Origin: Escherichia coli
GTDB lineage: Bacteria; Pseudomonadota; Gammaproteobacteria; Enterobacterales; Enterobacteriaceae
DNA length: 64,000 nucleotides
Assembly (NCBI RefSeq): GCF_029227855.1
Contig: NZ_CP074356.1
Strand: one strand, 5' to 3'
The notes beneath the pieces are model-generated. The model searched no databases. It was not told the origin of the DNA and saw only the letters and a program-made list of their open reading frames with translations. Shown here in pieces: positions 23,333-34,673 of the stretch. Every line of letters starts with the position of its first letter. Position 1 is the stretch's first letter. The translations under genes and the position numbers were made by a program.

Positions 23333-24043
23333 ATGGCGACAGGAAAGTCCTGCTCTCGCTGGTTTGCGCCTCTTGCGGCGTTATTAATGGTAGTTAGCCT
23401 GAGTGGGTGTTTTGATAAAGAAGGCGATCAGCGTAAAGCGTTTATCGACTTCCTGCAGAATACAGTGATGCGTAGCGGTGAACGTCTACCAACCCTGACT
23501 GCCGATCAGAAAAAACAGTTTGGTCCTTTTGTCTCTGATTACGCGATTCTGTATGGTTATTCTCAGCAGGTGAATCAGGCGATGGATTCCGGTCTGCGCC
23601 CGGTCGTAGACAGCGTTAACGCAATTCGCGTACCGCAGGATTACGTTACGCAAAGCGGTCCGCTGCGTGAAATGAACGGTTCGCTGGGTGTGCTGGCGCA
23701 ACAACTGCAAAATGCGAAGTTGCAGGCCGATGCTGCGCACTCTGCGCTAAAACAGACCGATGATTTGAAACCGGTCTTTGATCAGGCATTCACCAAAGTG
23801 GTAACGACGCCAGCTGATGCATTGCAACCGTTGATTCCGGCTGCACAAACTTTCACGCAACAACTGGTGATGGTTGGAGACTACATTGCTCAGCAAGGTA
23901 CTCAGGTGAGCTTTGTCGCAAATGGCATCCAGTTCCCGACTTCACAGCAGGCAAGTGAATATAACAAACTGATTGCGCCATTACCGGCACAACATCAGGC
24001 GTTTAATCAGGCCTGGACTACAGCAGTTACTGCAACCCAATAA
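23333..24043 (+). CDS. yiaF: Lipoprotein YiaF (DUF3053)
   Basis: 236 aa from ATG 23333 (AGGAGT RBS at 23321-23326); lipobox LSGC; track ORF starts 120 nt upstream. Confidence 0.85.
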   Translation: MATGKSCSRWFAPLAALLMVVSLSGCFDKEGDQRKAFIDFLQNTVMRSGERLPTLTADQKKQFGPFVSDYAILYGYSQQVNQAMDSGLRPVVDSVNAIRVPQDYVTQSGPLREMNGSLGVLAQQLQNAKLQADAAHSALKQTDDLKPVFDQAFTKVVTTPADALQPLIPAAQTFTQQLVMVGDYIAQQGTQVSFVANGIQFPTSQQASEYNKLIAPLPAQHQAFNQAWTTAVTATQ

Positions 24044-24047
24044 AGAG

Positions 24048-24076
24048 TAAAAGCCCGAGCGATTATCGGGCTTTAC
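24048..24076. terminator. Bidirectional hairpin between convergent yiaF and ghrB
   Basis: agcccga-gcgattat-tcgggct stem-loop flanked by A and T runs. Confidence 0.55.
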
Positions 24077-24092
24077 TTCACGCAGTCGCGGC

Positions 24093-25067
24093 TTAGTCCG
24101 CGACGTGCGGATTCACACAGTTCTTCTCAACCTTTCCTTGTAACGCATCAATCAAATTATCCACGGCACAGGCGGCCATGCCATAACGCGTCTCATGGGT
24201 GGCAGATCCAATATGCGGTACTGCGACGACGTTGGCCATTGAGAGCAACGGCGAATCTAGGGACAGTGGCTCTTGTTCGAAGACATCCAGCCCGGCAGCG
24301 TGAATTTCGCCTTTCTGCAATGCAGCAATCAGTGCATTTTCGTCAACCACCGGGCCACGTCCGGCATTAATGAAAATGGCGGAGGATTTCATTTTGGCGA
24401 ATTGTTCTGCGCCAAACAGATGATGCGTCTCATCAGTTAACGGCAGGATCAGGCAAACGAAATCTGACTCTTGTAACAGAGTATCCAAATCGCAGTAGCG
24501 GGCGTTGAAGCGTTCTTCTGCTTCTTTATGGTGGCGGCGCGCGTTATAGAGGATGGGCATGTTGAAGCCAAAGTGCGCACGTTGTGCCAGCGCCATGCCG
24601 ATCCCTCCCATCCCGACAATGCCCAGTGTTTTATGGTGAACGTCAGTGCCGTACCAGTCCAGGCCTATGCTCGCGGTCCATTCGCCAGCTTTTACCCGTT
24701 CTGCTACCTCCACAACCCGACGAGCGGTAGACAACACCAGCGCCATCAGCGTATCGGCGACAGTTTCTGTTAATACGGTTGGCGTGTGCATCAGCAGAAT
24801 TTTTCGGGCGGTAAGCGCATCGACATCAAAATTGTCATAGCCGACGGAGATCGTTGATGTGGCACGCAGTTTCGGCATTTTTTCCAGCAATGCGGCATCT
24901 ACATTCTCGTTTGAACCCAGTAAACCTTCAGCTTCGGCAAAAATTGCTGCATTTTGTTCGACGGTTTGTGGGCTGAGGTTTGCCACCTGGTGAACGGTGA
25001 AATGCTCTTGCAGGCGTTGCAGTAAATCATCAGGTAAGGCTTTGTAGAGGATAACGGACGGCTTCAT
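24093..25067 (-). CDS. ghrB: Glyoxylate/hydroxypyruvate reductase B (D-2-hydroxyacid dehydrogenase)
   Basis: 324 aa from [16 protein letters not shown]; NAD-binding GxGxxG (GIVGMGGIG). Confidence 0.9.
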   Translation of the reverse strand: MKPSVILYKALPDDLLQRLQEHFTVHQVANLSPQTVEQNAAIFAEAEGLLGSNENVDAALLEKMPKLRATSTISVGYDNFDVDALTARKILLMHTPTVLTETVADTLMALVLSTARRVVEVAERVKAGEWTASIGLDWYGTDVHHKTLGIVGMGGIGMALAQRAHFGFNMPILYNARRHHKEAEERFNARYCDLDTLLQESDFVCLILPLTDETHHLFGAEQFAKMKSSAIFINAGRGPVVDENALIAALQKGEIHAAGLDVFEQEPLSLDSPLLSMANVVAVPHIGSATHETRYGMAACAVDNLIDALQGKVEKNCVNPHVAD

Positions 25068-25170
25068 GCTTCTCTCCATTCACTGATAAGGCGATCACCT
25101 TAGCCTGAAATATGATGAAGGAAAACTGAAGAATGCCAGGTGATTTCTGCATCACCTGGCATGAAAGGGA

Positions 25171-25830
25171 TTACAGCGGGCTTAAGGTAATTTCTACACG
25201 GCGGTTTTGCGCCTTACCTTCTGCGGTGCTGTTGCTGGCGATTGGGTTAGCCGGGCCAAGGCCCTGAGTACGGATGCGGCTGGCGTCCACGCCCTGGGTG
25301 ATCAACGCGCTGGCAACGGAATCCGCACGTTGCTGGGAGAGACGCATGTTCAGGTCGTGACCACCCGTGCTGTCGGTATAACCAATCACGTTAACCGCCG
25401 TTTTCGGATACTCTTTCAGCACCATTGCCACGCCGGTCAGGGTGTTAGCGCCTGCCGGTTTCAGGGTCGCGCTGCTGCTGTCGAAGGTCACATTGTTCGG
25501 CATATTGAGGATAATGTTATCCCCGCTGCGGGTTACGCTAACACCAGTGCCGCGCATTTTGTCACGCAGCTTCGCTTCCTGCACATCCATGTAATAACCC
25601 ACGCCGCCGCCCAGAGCTGCGCCTGCTGCTGCGCCAATCAGCGCGCCTTTACCGCGATCTTTCTTCGAAGAAGAGAGCGCACCAATACCCGCGCCCACGA
25701 GAGAGCCCAGACCTGCGCCGATAGCAGATTTGCCTGCTTCGCGTTCGCCGGTGTAAGGGTTAGTTGTGCAGCCAGATACCGCCAGAGCGCCACTCACTAC
25801 GGCGGCAATAAGATAAACACGTTTCTTCAT
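25171..25830 (-). CDS. yiaD: OmpA-domain lipoprotein
   Basis: 219-aa ORF; lipobox (VSGCTT), Gly-rich linker, C-terminal OmpA-like domain. Confidence 0.88.
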   Translation of the reverse strand: MKKRVYLIAAVVSGALAVSGCTTNPYTGEREAGKSAIGAGLGSLVGAGIGALSSSKKDRGKGALIGAAAGAALGGGVGYYMDVQEAKLRDKMRGTGVSVTRSGDNIILNMPNNVTFDSSSATLKPAGANTLTGVAMVLKEYPKTAVNVIGYTDSTGGHDLNMRLSQQRADSVASALITQGVDASRIRTQGLGPANPIASNSTAEGKAQNRRVEITLSPL

Positions 25831-25982
25831 TGTTAATCCTTAATAACCTTTTTATTCTTTGCCACGGGTTCCGTGGCGGGAGATTATGCCGCGTGAACAT
25901 GAAGATTATTCCTGGGAATACTCGGAAATTTGTAAGTAATATTTAACTGCTCAATACATCTAACCTTTCAGGAGTCTTCGGT

Positions 25983-28316
25983 TTGGCCAACTCATCCTCA
26001 CGATATTCCGTTCTGACTGCCGCCCACTGGGGGCCCATGCTGGTTGAAACCGACGGCAAAACCGTGTTTAGCTCGCGTGGCGCGTTAGCCACAGGAATGG
26101 AAAACTCCTTGCAGAGCGCGGTTCGCGACCAGGTTCACAGCAATACGCGGGTACGATTTCCAATGGTGCGCAAAGGCTTTCTCGCGTCACCGGAAAACCC
26201 GCAAGGCATTCGTGGGCAGGATGAATTTGTTCGCGTGAGTTGGGATGAGGCGCTGGATCTTATTCACCAACAACATAAACGCATTCGTGAGGCTTATGGT
26301 CCGGCATCGATTTTTGCTGGTTCCTACGGCTGGCGTTCAAACGGCGTGCTGCATAAGGCCTCGACATTATTACAACGCTATATGGCGCTGGCAGGCGGTT
26401 ATATCGGGCATCTGGGGGATTATTCGACCGGTGCGGCACAGGCGATCATGCCGTATGTCGTGGGTGGCAGCGAAGTTTATCAACAGCAAACCAGTTGGCC
26501 GCTGGTGCTGGAACATAGCGATGTCGTGGTGTTGTGGAGTGCTAACCCACTCAATACGCTGAAAATTGCGTGGAATGCATCTGATGAGCAGGGGCTTTCT
26601 TACTTTTCTGCACTGCGTGACAGTGGGAAAAAGCTGATCTGCATTGATCCAATGCGATCGGAAACCGTCGATTTCTTTGGCGATAAAATGGAGTGGGTGG
26701 CACCGCACATGGGCACCGATGTTGCGCTGATGCTGGGGATCGCCCATACGCTGGTGGAAAATGGTTGGCACGACGAAGCGTTTCTGGCGCGTTGCACCAC
26801 AGGTTATGCCGTCTTCGCCTCTTATTTGCTGGGCGAGAGTGACGGAATAGCAAAAACCGCCGAATGGGCAGCAGAGATTTGTGGTGTTGGCGCAGCGAAA
26901 ATCCGCGAGCTGGCGGCTATTTTCCACCAAAATACCACCATGCTGATGGCAGGCTGGGGAATGCAGCGCCAACAGTTTGGTGAGCAAAAACACTGGATGA
27001 TCGTCACGCTGGCAGCAATGTTGGGGCAAATCGGCACACCCGGCGGCGGTTTTGGTCTTTCTTACCATTTTGCCAATGGTGGTAACCCCACGCGGCGTTC
27101 TGCGGTGCTCTCTTCCATGCAGGGCAGCTTGCCGGGTGGCTGCGATGCGGTGGATAAAATCCCTGTTGCCCGCATTGTTGAAGCACTGGAAAACCCTGGT
27201 GGCGCATATCAACACAACGGTATGAACCGACATTTCCCGGATATTCGTTTTATCTGGTGGGCGGGCGGTGCCAACTTTACTCATCATCAGGATACCAATC
27301 GTCTGATCCGTGCCTGGCAAAAACCGGAGCTGGTGGTGATCTCTGAATGCTTCTGGACGGCGGCGGCGAAACACGCGGATATCGTTCTGCCTGCGACTAC
27401 CTCTTTTGAGCGTAATGATCTCACCATGACCGGTGATTACAGTAATCAGCATCTGGTGCCGATGAAGCAAGTGGTGCCGCCACGCTATGAAGCGCGTAAT
27501 GATTTTGATGTTTTTGCCGAGTTAAGTGAACGCTGGGAGAAGGGCGGTTATGCACGTTTTACGGAAGGAAAAAGTGAGCTGCAATGGCTGGAAACGTTTT
27601 ATAACGTTGCCCGGCAGCGCGGGGCAAGCCAGCAGGTTGAATTGCCGCCATTTGCTGAGTTCTGGCAAGCCAACCAGTTAATTGAGATGCCGGAAAACCC
27701 GGACAGCGAGCGGTTTATTCGCTTCGCTGATTTTTGCCGCGATCCGCTGGCGCATCCGTTAAAAACCGCCAGCGGCAAGATTGAAATCTTCTCACAGCGT
27801 ATTGCCGATTACGGTTACCCGGATTGCCCTGGGCATCCAATGTGGCTGGAGCCGGACGAATGGCAGGGCAATGCCGAACCAGAACAGTTGCAGGTACTTT
27901 CTGCCCATCCGGCGCACCGCCTGCACAGCCAGCTGAATTACAGTTCTCTGCGCGAATTGTACGCGGTAGCAAACCGTGAGCCTGTCACCATTCATCCTGA
28001 CGATGCTCAGGCGCGCGGCATAACCGAAGGGGATATGGTGCGGGTGTGGAACTCCCGTGGGCAGATCCTTGCCGGAGCGGTCATTAGCGAGGGAATTAAA
28101 CCTGGCGTGATTTGCATTCACGAAGGGGCATGGCCGGATCTGGATTTAACCGCTGACGGTATTTGTAAAAACGGCGCAGTGAACGTGCTGACCAAAGATC
28201 TCCCCAGCTCGCGGCTGGGGAATGGCTGTGCGGGTAATACGGCGCTGGCATGGCTGGAAAAATACAACGGTCCGGAACTGACACTTACAGCGTTTGAACC
28301 ACCGGCCAGCTCATAA
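25983..28316 (+). CDS. bisC: Biotin sulfoxide reductase (molybdopterin oxidoreductase)
   Basis: 777-aa ORF as given in the track (begins at TTG 25983, [10 protein letters not shown]...); DMSO-reductase family. Confidence 0.9.
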   Translation: MANSSSRYSVLTAAHWGPMLVETDGKTVFSSRGALATGMENSLQSAVRDQVHSNTRVRFPMVRKGFLASPENPQGIRGQDEFVRVSWDEALDLIHQQHKRIREAYGPASIFAGSYGWRSNGVLHKASTLLQRYMALAGGYIGHLGDYSTGAAQAIMPYVVGGSEVYQQQTSWPLVLEHSDVVVLWSANPLNTLKIAWNASDEQGLSYFSALRDSGKKLICIDPMRSETVDFFGDKMEWVAPHMGTDVALMLGIAHTLVENGWHDEAFLARCTTGYAVFASYLLGESDGIAKTAEWAAEICGVGAAKIRELAAIFHQNTTMLMAGWGMQRQQFGEQKHWMIVTLAAMLGQIGTPGGGFGLSYHFANGGNPTRRSAVLSSMQGSLPGGCDAVDKIPVARIVEALENPGGAYQHNGMNRHFPDIRFIWWAGGANFTHHQDTNRLIRAWQKPELVVISECFWTAAAKHADIVLPATTSFERNDLTMTGDYSNQHLVPMKQVVPPRYEARNDFDVFAELSERWEKGGYARFTEGKSELQWLETFYNVARQRGASQQVELPPFAEFWQANQLIEMPENPDSERFIRFADFCRDPLAHPLKTASGKIEIFSQRIADYGYPDCPGHPMWLEPDEWQGNAEPEQLQVLSAHPAHRLHSQLNYSSLRELYAVANREPVTIHPDDAQARGITEGDMVRVWNSRGQILAGAVISEGIKPGVICIHEGAWPDLDLTADGICKNGAVNVLTKDLPSSRLGNGCAGNTALAWLEKYNGPELTLTAFEPPASS

Positions 28317-28725
28317 TCCAGGTGGGTAGTTGGGTTTCATCCTGCCATGCGCAATCGACAATGTGAAAACCCTGCGCACGGTAAAAATCTATCGCCGGTT
28401 GATTTTTTTGATAAACCTCCAGCATCAGATGGGGATAGCGCTGCTGCACATACTGCATCAGCGCCTTACCAATACCGCGTCTGACGGCCTTCGGTGCGAC
28501 AAACATTGCTGCCAGAAATCGGCCTTCCATAATGCTGACAAAACCGAGAAGCTTACCGTCCTCTTCCCAGACCCAGTTTTGCGCGTTGGCAAGATAGGCA
28601 TCCCGCACCAGCGGAATGCAGTCACGCCAGTAATTCGCTTTTATAAAGGGATGCCCCCAGGTTGTACTTTCCAGCCACAGTTCGAGGATCGCGGGGAGTT
28701 CTGAACGTTGCGCTTCCCGAATCAT
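28285..28725 (-). CDS. yiaC: GNAT family N-acetyltransferase
   Basis: 146-aa ORF; 3' end overlaps the bisC 3' end by 32 nt (convergent). Confidence 0.85.
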   Translation of the reverse strand: MIREAQRSELPAILELWLESTTWGHPFIKANYWRDCIPLVRDAYLANAQNWVWEEDGKLLGFVSIMEGRFLAAMFVAPKAVRRGIGKALMQYVQQRYPHLMLEVYQKNQPAIDFYRAQGFHIVDCAWQDETQLPTWIMSWPVVQTL

Positions 28726-29285
28726 GGTTTATTTCCCGGATAGCAACAGCAGCCAACCACATGATCATTCACCAGCCCACATGCCTGCATAAAGGAGTAA
28801 CAGATTGTGGTGCCGACAAACTTAAAACCACGCTTTTTCAGGGCTTTAGATAGAGCGTCGGAGGCGGACGTAGATGTGGGAATTTCGCTCAACGTTGTGG
28901 CTTGTGTCACCTGTGGCTGATGATTTACAAACGACCAGACAAAGTCGGCAAACGGTTCGCCGTTCTGTTCCATTTGCAGGTACGCCCGCGCATTACCAAT
29001 AATTGCCTGAATTTTCCCTCGATGGCGGATAATCCCGGCGTCCTGTACCAGTCTTTCGACATCCTCTTCCTGCATTGCTGCGACCTTCACCGGATCGAAC
29101 TGATGAAAGCAGGCGCGATAGTTTTCGCGTTTTTTGAGGACGGTGATCCACGATAACCCAGCCTGCTGCCCTTCAAGGCAGATCATTTCGAACAGTTTTT
29201 TACTGTCAGTTTCAGGCACGCCCCATTCATTATCATGGTAGGCAATATAAAGCGGGTCCTGACTCACCCAGCCGCAACGTTCCAT
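28722..29285 (-). CDS. tag: 3-methyladenine DNA glycosylase I
   Basis: 187 aa from MERCGWVSQDPLYIAYHDNEWGVPETD; track ORF extends 237 nt further upstream into the intergenic region. Confidence 0.9.
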   Translation of the reverse strand: MERCGWVSQDPLYIAYHDNEWGVPETDSKKLFEMICLEGQQAGLSWITVLKKRENYRACFHQFDPVKVAAMQEEDVERLVQDAGIIRHRGKIQAIIGNARAYLQMEQNGEPFADFVWSFVNHQPQVTQATTLSEIPTSTSASDALSKALKKRGFKFVGTTICYSFMQACGLVNDHVVGCCCYPGNKP

Positions 29286-29436
29286 ACTTTCCCTCGCTAT
29301 GTACCCGATCGTAAAAATTTCAGCCGCTTTTCTTGACGCATCGGTGAAAAAGTCAATATTTAATACAGGGCTACTATGCCCGATATCCTTCATACAATGA
29401 CAATAATATTGCCGAATTCGGCTCTTCCCTGGAGTC

Positions 29437-30141
29437 GTGTTAATGATCATAAAAAAAAGCGGTGGTCGCTGGCAGCTAAGCCTGCTGGCGAGCGTGGTAA
29501 TCAGTGCCTTTTTTCTCAACACAGCTTACGCCTGGCAACAAGAATATATCGTTGATACGCAATCCGGACATTCCACAGAGCGTTACACCTGGGATAGTGA
29601 TCATCAACCTGATTACAACGATATTTTGTCGCAACGTATTCAAAGTAGCCAAAGGGCGCTGGGACTGGAAGTCAATCTGGCGGAAGAAACTCCTGTGGAT
29701 GTGACCAGCAGTATGAGTATGGGCTGGAATTTTCCTTTATATGAACAGGTTACAACCGGCCCGGTCGCGGCATTACATTACTATGGCACAACCACCTCGA
29801 TGTATAACGAGTTTGGCGACAGTACTACCACGCTGACCGATCCGTTATGGCATGCCAGCGTGAGTAGCTTAGGCTGGCGTGTTGACTCCCGGCTTGGCGA
29901 TCTCCGACCCTGGGCGCAAATCAGCTATAACCAGCAATTTGGCGAGAATATCTGGAAGGCGCAATCAGGCTTAAGCCGGATGACGGCGACAAACCAGAAC
30001 GGCAACTGGCTGGATGTCACCGTAGGCGCTGATATGTTGCTCAATCAAAATATTGCTGCCTATGCCGCGCTATCTCAGGCAGAAAATACCACTAACAATA
30101 GCGACTATCTGTATACGATGGGGGTTAGTGCCAGATTTTAA
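29437..30141 (+). CDS. yhjY: Putative secreted beta-barrel / lipase-like protein
   Basis: 234-aa ORF with signal peptide; C-terminal aromatic residue. Confidence 0.75.
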   Translation: MLMIIKKSGGRWQLSLLASVVISAFFLNTAYAWQQEYIVDTQSGHSTERYTWDSDHQPDYNDILSQRIQSSQRALGLEVNLAEETPVDVTSSMSMGWNFPLYEQVTTGPVAALHYYGTTTSMYNEFGDSTTTLTDPLWHASVSSLGWRVDSRLGDLRPWAQISYNQQFGENIWKAQSGLSRMTATNQNGNWLDVTVGADMLLNQNIAAYAALSQAENTTNNSDYLYTMGVSARF

Positions 30142-30254
30142 CGCAACAGTCACAATTGAAACCATTGAATAACAATGCTTGTGGTGATAGTGGGTGCTAA
30201 CTTACAAAATGATAAATTTGGTGAATAATTGTCGCGTCATTCATTCCTGAACTA

Positions 30255-30285
30255 AGGCATTTCATTCCGTTCTGATGGCATTTCA
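30255..30285 (+). promoter_or_regulatory. Direct repeats GGCATTTCAT-N11-GGCATTTCAT upstream of yhjX (YpdB-type response regulator site)
   Basis: Exact 10-bp direct repeat at 30255-30264 and 30276-30285, 85 nt upstream of the yhjX start. Confidence 0.6.
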
Positions 30286-30369
30286 TGCCGTTTTTCCCCA
30301 GGCATAAAATGCACTTCGTTATGGTTGTCGGCAGAGATTTTTCCTTTTTATTACTGCAGGAATACTGCC

Positions 30370-31578
30370 ATGACACCTTCAAATTATCAGCGTACCCGCT
30401 GGCTGACACTCATCGGTACTATCATTACCCAGTTTGCACTGGGGTCGGTTTATACCTGGAGCCTGTTTAATGGCGCGCTTTCTGCCAAGCTGGATGCGCC
30501 GGTAAGCCAGGTCGCTTTCTCTTTCGGCTTGTTAAGTCTGGGGCTGGCAATTTCGTCTTCTGTTGCGGGCAAATTGCAGGAACGTTTTGGCGTTAAACGC
30601 GTCACCATGGCTTCCGGCATTTTGCTGGGATTAGGCTTCTTCCTGACCGCGCATTCCAACAACCTGATGATGCTGTGGTTAAGCGCCGGTGTGCTGGTCG
30701 GTCTGGCGGATGGCGCGGGTTACCTGCTGACGCTCTCTAACTGCGTGAAGTGGTTCCCGGAGCGTAAAGGTCTGATATCCGCGTTCGCTATCGGTTCTTA
30801 TGGTCTGGGTAGCCTGGGTTTCAAATTTATCGACACGCAGCTGCTGGAAACGGTGGGTCTGGAAAAAACCTTTGTGATTTGGGGAGCGATTGCGCTGGTG
30901 ATGATTGTTTTCGGCGCAACGTTAATGAAAGACGCACCAAAACAGGAAGTGAAAACCAGCAATGGTGTGGTGGAGAAAGATTACACGCTGGCAGAGTCGA
31001 TGCGTAAACCGCAGTACTGGATGTTAGCGGTAATGTTCCTGACTGCCTGCATGAGCGGCCTGTACGTGATTGGGGTAGCGAAAGATATCGCCCAAAGTCT
31101 GGCACACCTTGATGTGGTTTCCGCAGCTAATGCAGTCACTGTTATTTCCATCGCCAACCTTTCAGGTCGTCTGGTTCTGGGGATACTGTCTGACAAAATC
31201 GCCCGTATCCGTGTTATCACCATTGGTCAGGTGATTTCGCTAGTGGGTATGGCGGCCCTGCTGTTTGCACCACTGAATGCAGTGACGTTCTTTGCAGCGA
31301 TTGCCTGCGTGGCATTTAACTTTGGCGGCACTATTACCGTCTTTCCGTCACTGGTCAGTGAGTTCTTCGGCCTCAATAACCTGGCGAAAAACTACGGTGT
31401 GATTTACCTCGGTTTCGGTATCGGTAGCATTTTTGGTTCGATTATCGCCTCACTGTTTGGCGGCTTCTATGTGACCTTCTACGTGATTTTCGCCCTGCTG
31501 ATTCTGTCATTGGCGCTTTCTACGACAATTCGTCAGCCAGAGCAGAAAATGTTGCGTGAGGCGCATGGCTCCCTTTAA
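30370..31578 (+). CDS. yhjX: MFS transporter (oxalate/formate antiporter family)
   Basis: 402 aa from MTPSNYQRTRWLTLIGTII; 12 predicted TM segments. Confidence 0.88.
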   Translation: MTPSNYQRTRWLTLIGTIITQFALGSVYTWSLFNGALSAKLDAPVSQVAFSFGLLSLGLAISSSVAGKLQERFGVKRVTMASGILLGLGFFLTAHSNNLMMLWLSAGVLVGLADGAGYLLTLSNCVKWFPERKGLISAFAIGSYGLGSLGFKFIDTQLLETVGLEKTFVIWGAIALVMIVFGATLMKDAPKQEVKTSNGVVEKDYTLAESMRKPQYWMLAVMFLTACMSGLYVIGVAKDIAQSLAHLDVVSAANAVTVISIANLSGRLVLGILSDKIARIRVITIGQVISLVGMAALLFAPLNAVTFFAAIACVAFNFGGTITVFPSLVSEFFGLNNLAKNYGVIYLGFGIGSIFGSIIASLFGGFYVTFYVIFALLILSLALSTTIRQPEQKMLREAHGSL

Positions 31579-31901
31579 TGCTCAGCCGCGAGCTACTGGG
31601 CTTCAGCTTCCGTGTGCATCAAACGCATCAACGAAATGTATAAACAATGACTCGTAAAATTTGGGCCAGTTAACTGGCCCTTTTTACTGCTTTTTGTAAC
31701 GCTAAAGTCTCTTTTCAAACTTGCATTTTTGTAAATTTGTGCTTCATGCACACTCTTTCCCCACACTTTTTCGCTTTGCTGTGGTCTACTTATTCGCGCG
31801 TGTAGATTTTACTTATCTGACTACCTCCGCACTTTTCCCCTGCCGGGCCTGAAAAGCCGCTAAGCAGGGTGTTATCACCTGTTTGTCCAGGGTTTGTTTG
31901 C

Positions 31902-33593
31902 ATGAGATACATCAAATCGATTACACAGCAGAAGCTGAGCTTTTTGCTTGCAATCTATATTGGCCTTTTTATGAATGGCGCGGTTTTTTATCGCCGCTTC
32001 GGCAGCTATGCGCACGATTTTACCGTCTGGAAAGGCGTTTCTGCTGTTGTTGAACTGGCCGCCACCGTACTGGTGACCTTCTTTTTACTACGTCTTCTAT
32101 CGCTGTTTGGCCGCCGCAGCTGGCGTATTCTGGCGTCGCTGGTGGTGCTCTTTTCCGCAGGTGCCAGCTATTACATGACCTTCCTTAATGTGGTCATTGG
32201 TTATGGCATCATCGCTTCCGTCATGACCACCGATATCGACCTGTCAAAAGAAGTTGTTGGTCTGAACTTTATTCTCTGGTTAATCGCCGTTAGTGCATTG
32301 CCTCTTATCCTTATCTGGAATAACCGCTGTCGCTACACCTTGCTCCGACAACTGCGAACCCCAGGGCAGCGTATTCGCAGCCTGGCGGTCGTCGTACTGG
32401 CGGGTATTATGGTTTGGGCACCGATTCGTTTGCTGGATATCCAGCAGAAGAAAGTGGAGAGGGCGACCGGCGTTGATTTGCCGAGTTATGGCGGTGTCGT
32501 AGCGAACTCTTATCTGCCATCAAACTGGCTTTCTGCGTTGGGGCTGTATGCCTGGGCGCGGGTCGATGAATCTTCCGATAATAATTCATTGCTTAATCCG
32601 GCGAAGAAATTCACTTATCAGGCACCGCAAAACGTTGATGACACTTATGTCGTGTTTATCATCGGTGAAACCACGCGTTGGGACCATATGGGCATTTTCG
32701 GCTATGAGCGTAATACCACGCCGAAACTGGCCCAGGAGAAAAATCTGGCGGCGTTCCGTGGTTACTCCTGTGATACCGCAACCAAACTCTCACTGCGTTG
32801 CATGTTTGTACGTCAGGGGGGCGCGGAAGATAATCCGCAGCGCACATTAAAAGAACAGAACATTTTCGCGGTTCTGAAGCAGTTAGGATTCAGTTCTGAC
32901 CTCTACGCTATGCAGAGCGAAATGTGGTTCTACAGCAACACGATGGCGGACAACATTGCTTATCGTGAGCAGATTGGTGCGGAGCCACGTAATCGTGGCA
33001 AGCCGGTAGATGATATGTTGCTGGTAGACGAAATGCAGCAATCGCTAGGGCGCAACCCGGATGGTAAGCATCTGATCATTCTGCATACCAAAGGTTCGCA
33101 TTTTAACTACACCCAGCGTTATCCGCGTAGCTTCGCGCAGTGGAAGCCGGAATGTATTGGTGTTGATAGCGGCTGTACCAAAGCGCAGATGATCAACTCC
33201 TATGACAACTCGGTGACCTATGTGGATCACTTTATCTCCAGCGTGATTGATCAGGTTCGCGATAAGAAAGCGATTGTGTTCTACGCAGCTGACCACGGTG
33301 AGTCAATTAATGAACGCGAGCACCTGCACGGCACGCCGCGTGAACTGGCACCGCCGGAGCAGTTCCGCGTACCGATGATGGTCTGGATGTCAGATAAATA
33401 TCTGGAAAATCCGGCCAATGCTCAGGCATTTGCGCAGCTGAAAAAAGAAGCCGACATGAAAGTGCCACGCCGTCATGTAGAGCTGTACGACACCATCATG
33501 GGTTGTCTTGGCTATACTTCACCGGATGGTGGAATTAACGAAAACAACAACTGGTGTCACATCCCGCAGACAAAAGTGGCAGCGGCTAACTAA
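31902..33593 (+). CDS. eptB: Kdo2-lipid A phosphoethanolamine transferase
   Basis: 563 aa from [14 protein letters not shown]; N-terminal TM region plus sulfatase-like domain. Confidence 0.88.
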   Translation: MRYIKSITQQKLSFLLAIYIGLFMNGAVFYRRFGSYAHDFTVWKGVSAVVELAATVLVTFFLLRLLSLFGRRSWRILASLVVLFSAGASYYMTFLNVVIGYGIIASVMTTDIDLSKEVVGLNFILWLIAVSALPLILIWNNRCRYTLLRQLRTPGQRIRSLAVVVLAGIMVWAPIRLLDIQQKKVERATGVDLPSYGGVVANSYLPSNWLSALGLYAWARVDESSDNNSLLNPAKKFTYQAPQNVDDTYVVFIIGETTRWDHMGIFGYERNTTPKLAQEKNLAAFRGYSCDTATKLSLRCMFVRQGGAEDNPQRTLKEQNIFAVLKQLGFSSDLYAMQSEMWFYSNTMADNIAYREQIGAEPRNRGKPVDDMLLVDEMQQSLGRNPDGKHLIILHTKGSHFNYTQRYPRSFAQWKPECIGVDSGCTKAQMINSYDNSVTYVDHFISSVIDQVRDKKAIVFYAADHGESINEREHLHGTPRELAPPEQFRVPMMVWMSDKYLENPANAQAFAQLKKEADMKVPRRHVELYDTIMGCLGYTSPDGGINENNNWCHIPQTKVAAAN

Positions 33594-33643
33594 GCGGCCT
33601 GCTGACTTTCTCGCCGATCAAAAGGCATTTTGCTATTAAGGGA

Positions 33644-33672
33644 TTGACGAGGGCGTATCTGCGCAGTAAGAT
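33644..33672 (+). promoter_or_regulatory. proK promoter (-35 TTGACG, 17-bp spacer, -10 TAAGAT, GC-rich discriminator)
   Basis: TTGACG at 33644-33649, TAAGAT at 33667-33672, gcgccccgc discriminator, about 12 nt upstream of the tRNA 5' end. Confidence 0.6.
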
Positions 33673-33684
33673 GCGCCCCGCATT

Positions 33685-34018
<334 letters not shown>

Positions 34019-34110
34019 CGTAGGCCTGATAAGACGCGTCAGCGTCGCATCAGGCAACGGCACCGCACTTATTGTCGGATGCGGCGTGAACGCCTTATTC
34101 GACCTACACG
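34019..34110. repeat. REP/BIME elements upstream of dppA
   Basis: gcctgataagacgcg...cgcatcaggc and gtcggatgcggcgtgaacgccttattcgacctac palindromes. Confidence 0.55.
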
Positions 34111-34673
34111 CCACACATTTCCCTGCCAAATTTGCGCCCCATATCTCACTATCCATTAACGGATTTGTGACAGAAACCATTGTCTTTTTTTATATTTGCT
34201 TAAATCTTTTTTTTCGTAACTTATGGCTGGCGCTGGCATTTTCCGCTGTGCGTTTTAGCGTTCATGGTATTAATCGCTCAGATATCCACCTTTTCCTCAG
34301 ATTTTTTTCACTAAATGCATAAAACTTAATCACCAAATGTTGCTAAATATTAAGCTGATTGTTCTGGTCATGTTGGAGTAGCACAAATTTCTCTGCTGCA
34401 AATAGCTGTTTGAAGTTTTTTTAATCTTTGTTTGTGGATTCTCACCGTTGGTGTAAATCCCGGTTGGCTGTATTGACGTTTTCACATTCTGTTGACAGAT
34501 TGTAGGTCACGAGGGGCATTTTATGGAGGATCCGCACTGTTACACTGATGTTAATTAGTACGGCATCCCCACCTCATAACGTTGACCCGACCGGGCAAAA
34601 AACAAAAAAGGTCAGGCAGCGACAACCCACTGCAAAGGGTTAAAACAACAAACATCACAATTGGAGCAGAATA

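Noticed and set aside
26370-27470. Long antisense ORFs inside known genes (366 aa opposite bisC; also 18868-19947 and 20107-21087 opposite glyQS, 48549-49604 opposite bcsA, 55563-56435 opposite bcsC)
   Set aside because: These are shadow ORFs on the strand opposite highly conserved genes, with low-complexity Arg/His-rich translations typical of antisense frames in GC-biased coding sequence.
28722-29522. N-terminal extensions in track ORFs (tag 266 aa; likewise avtA, xylF, yiaF, yhjX, eptB, yhjV, bcsA, bcsB)
   Set aside because: The extensions run into intergenic or promoter DNA. Where I checked the DNA (xylA, yiaF, ysaA, dctA, pdeK) the shorter start has an RBS; for the others the internal start was chosen because it gives the expected protein length. 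The longer frames are upstream in-frame start codons, not real N-termini.
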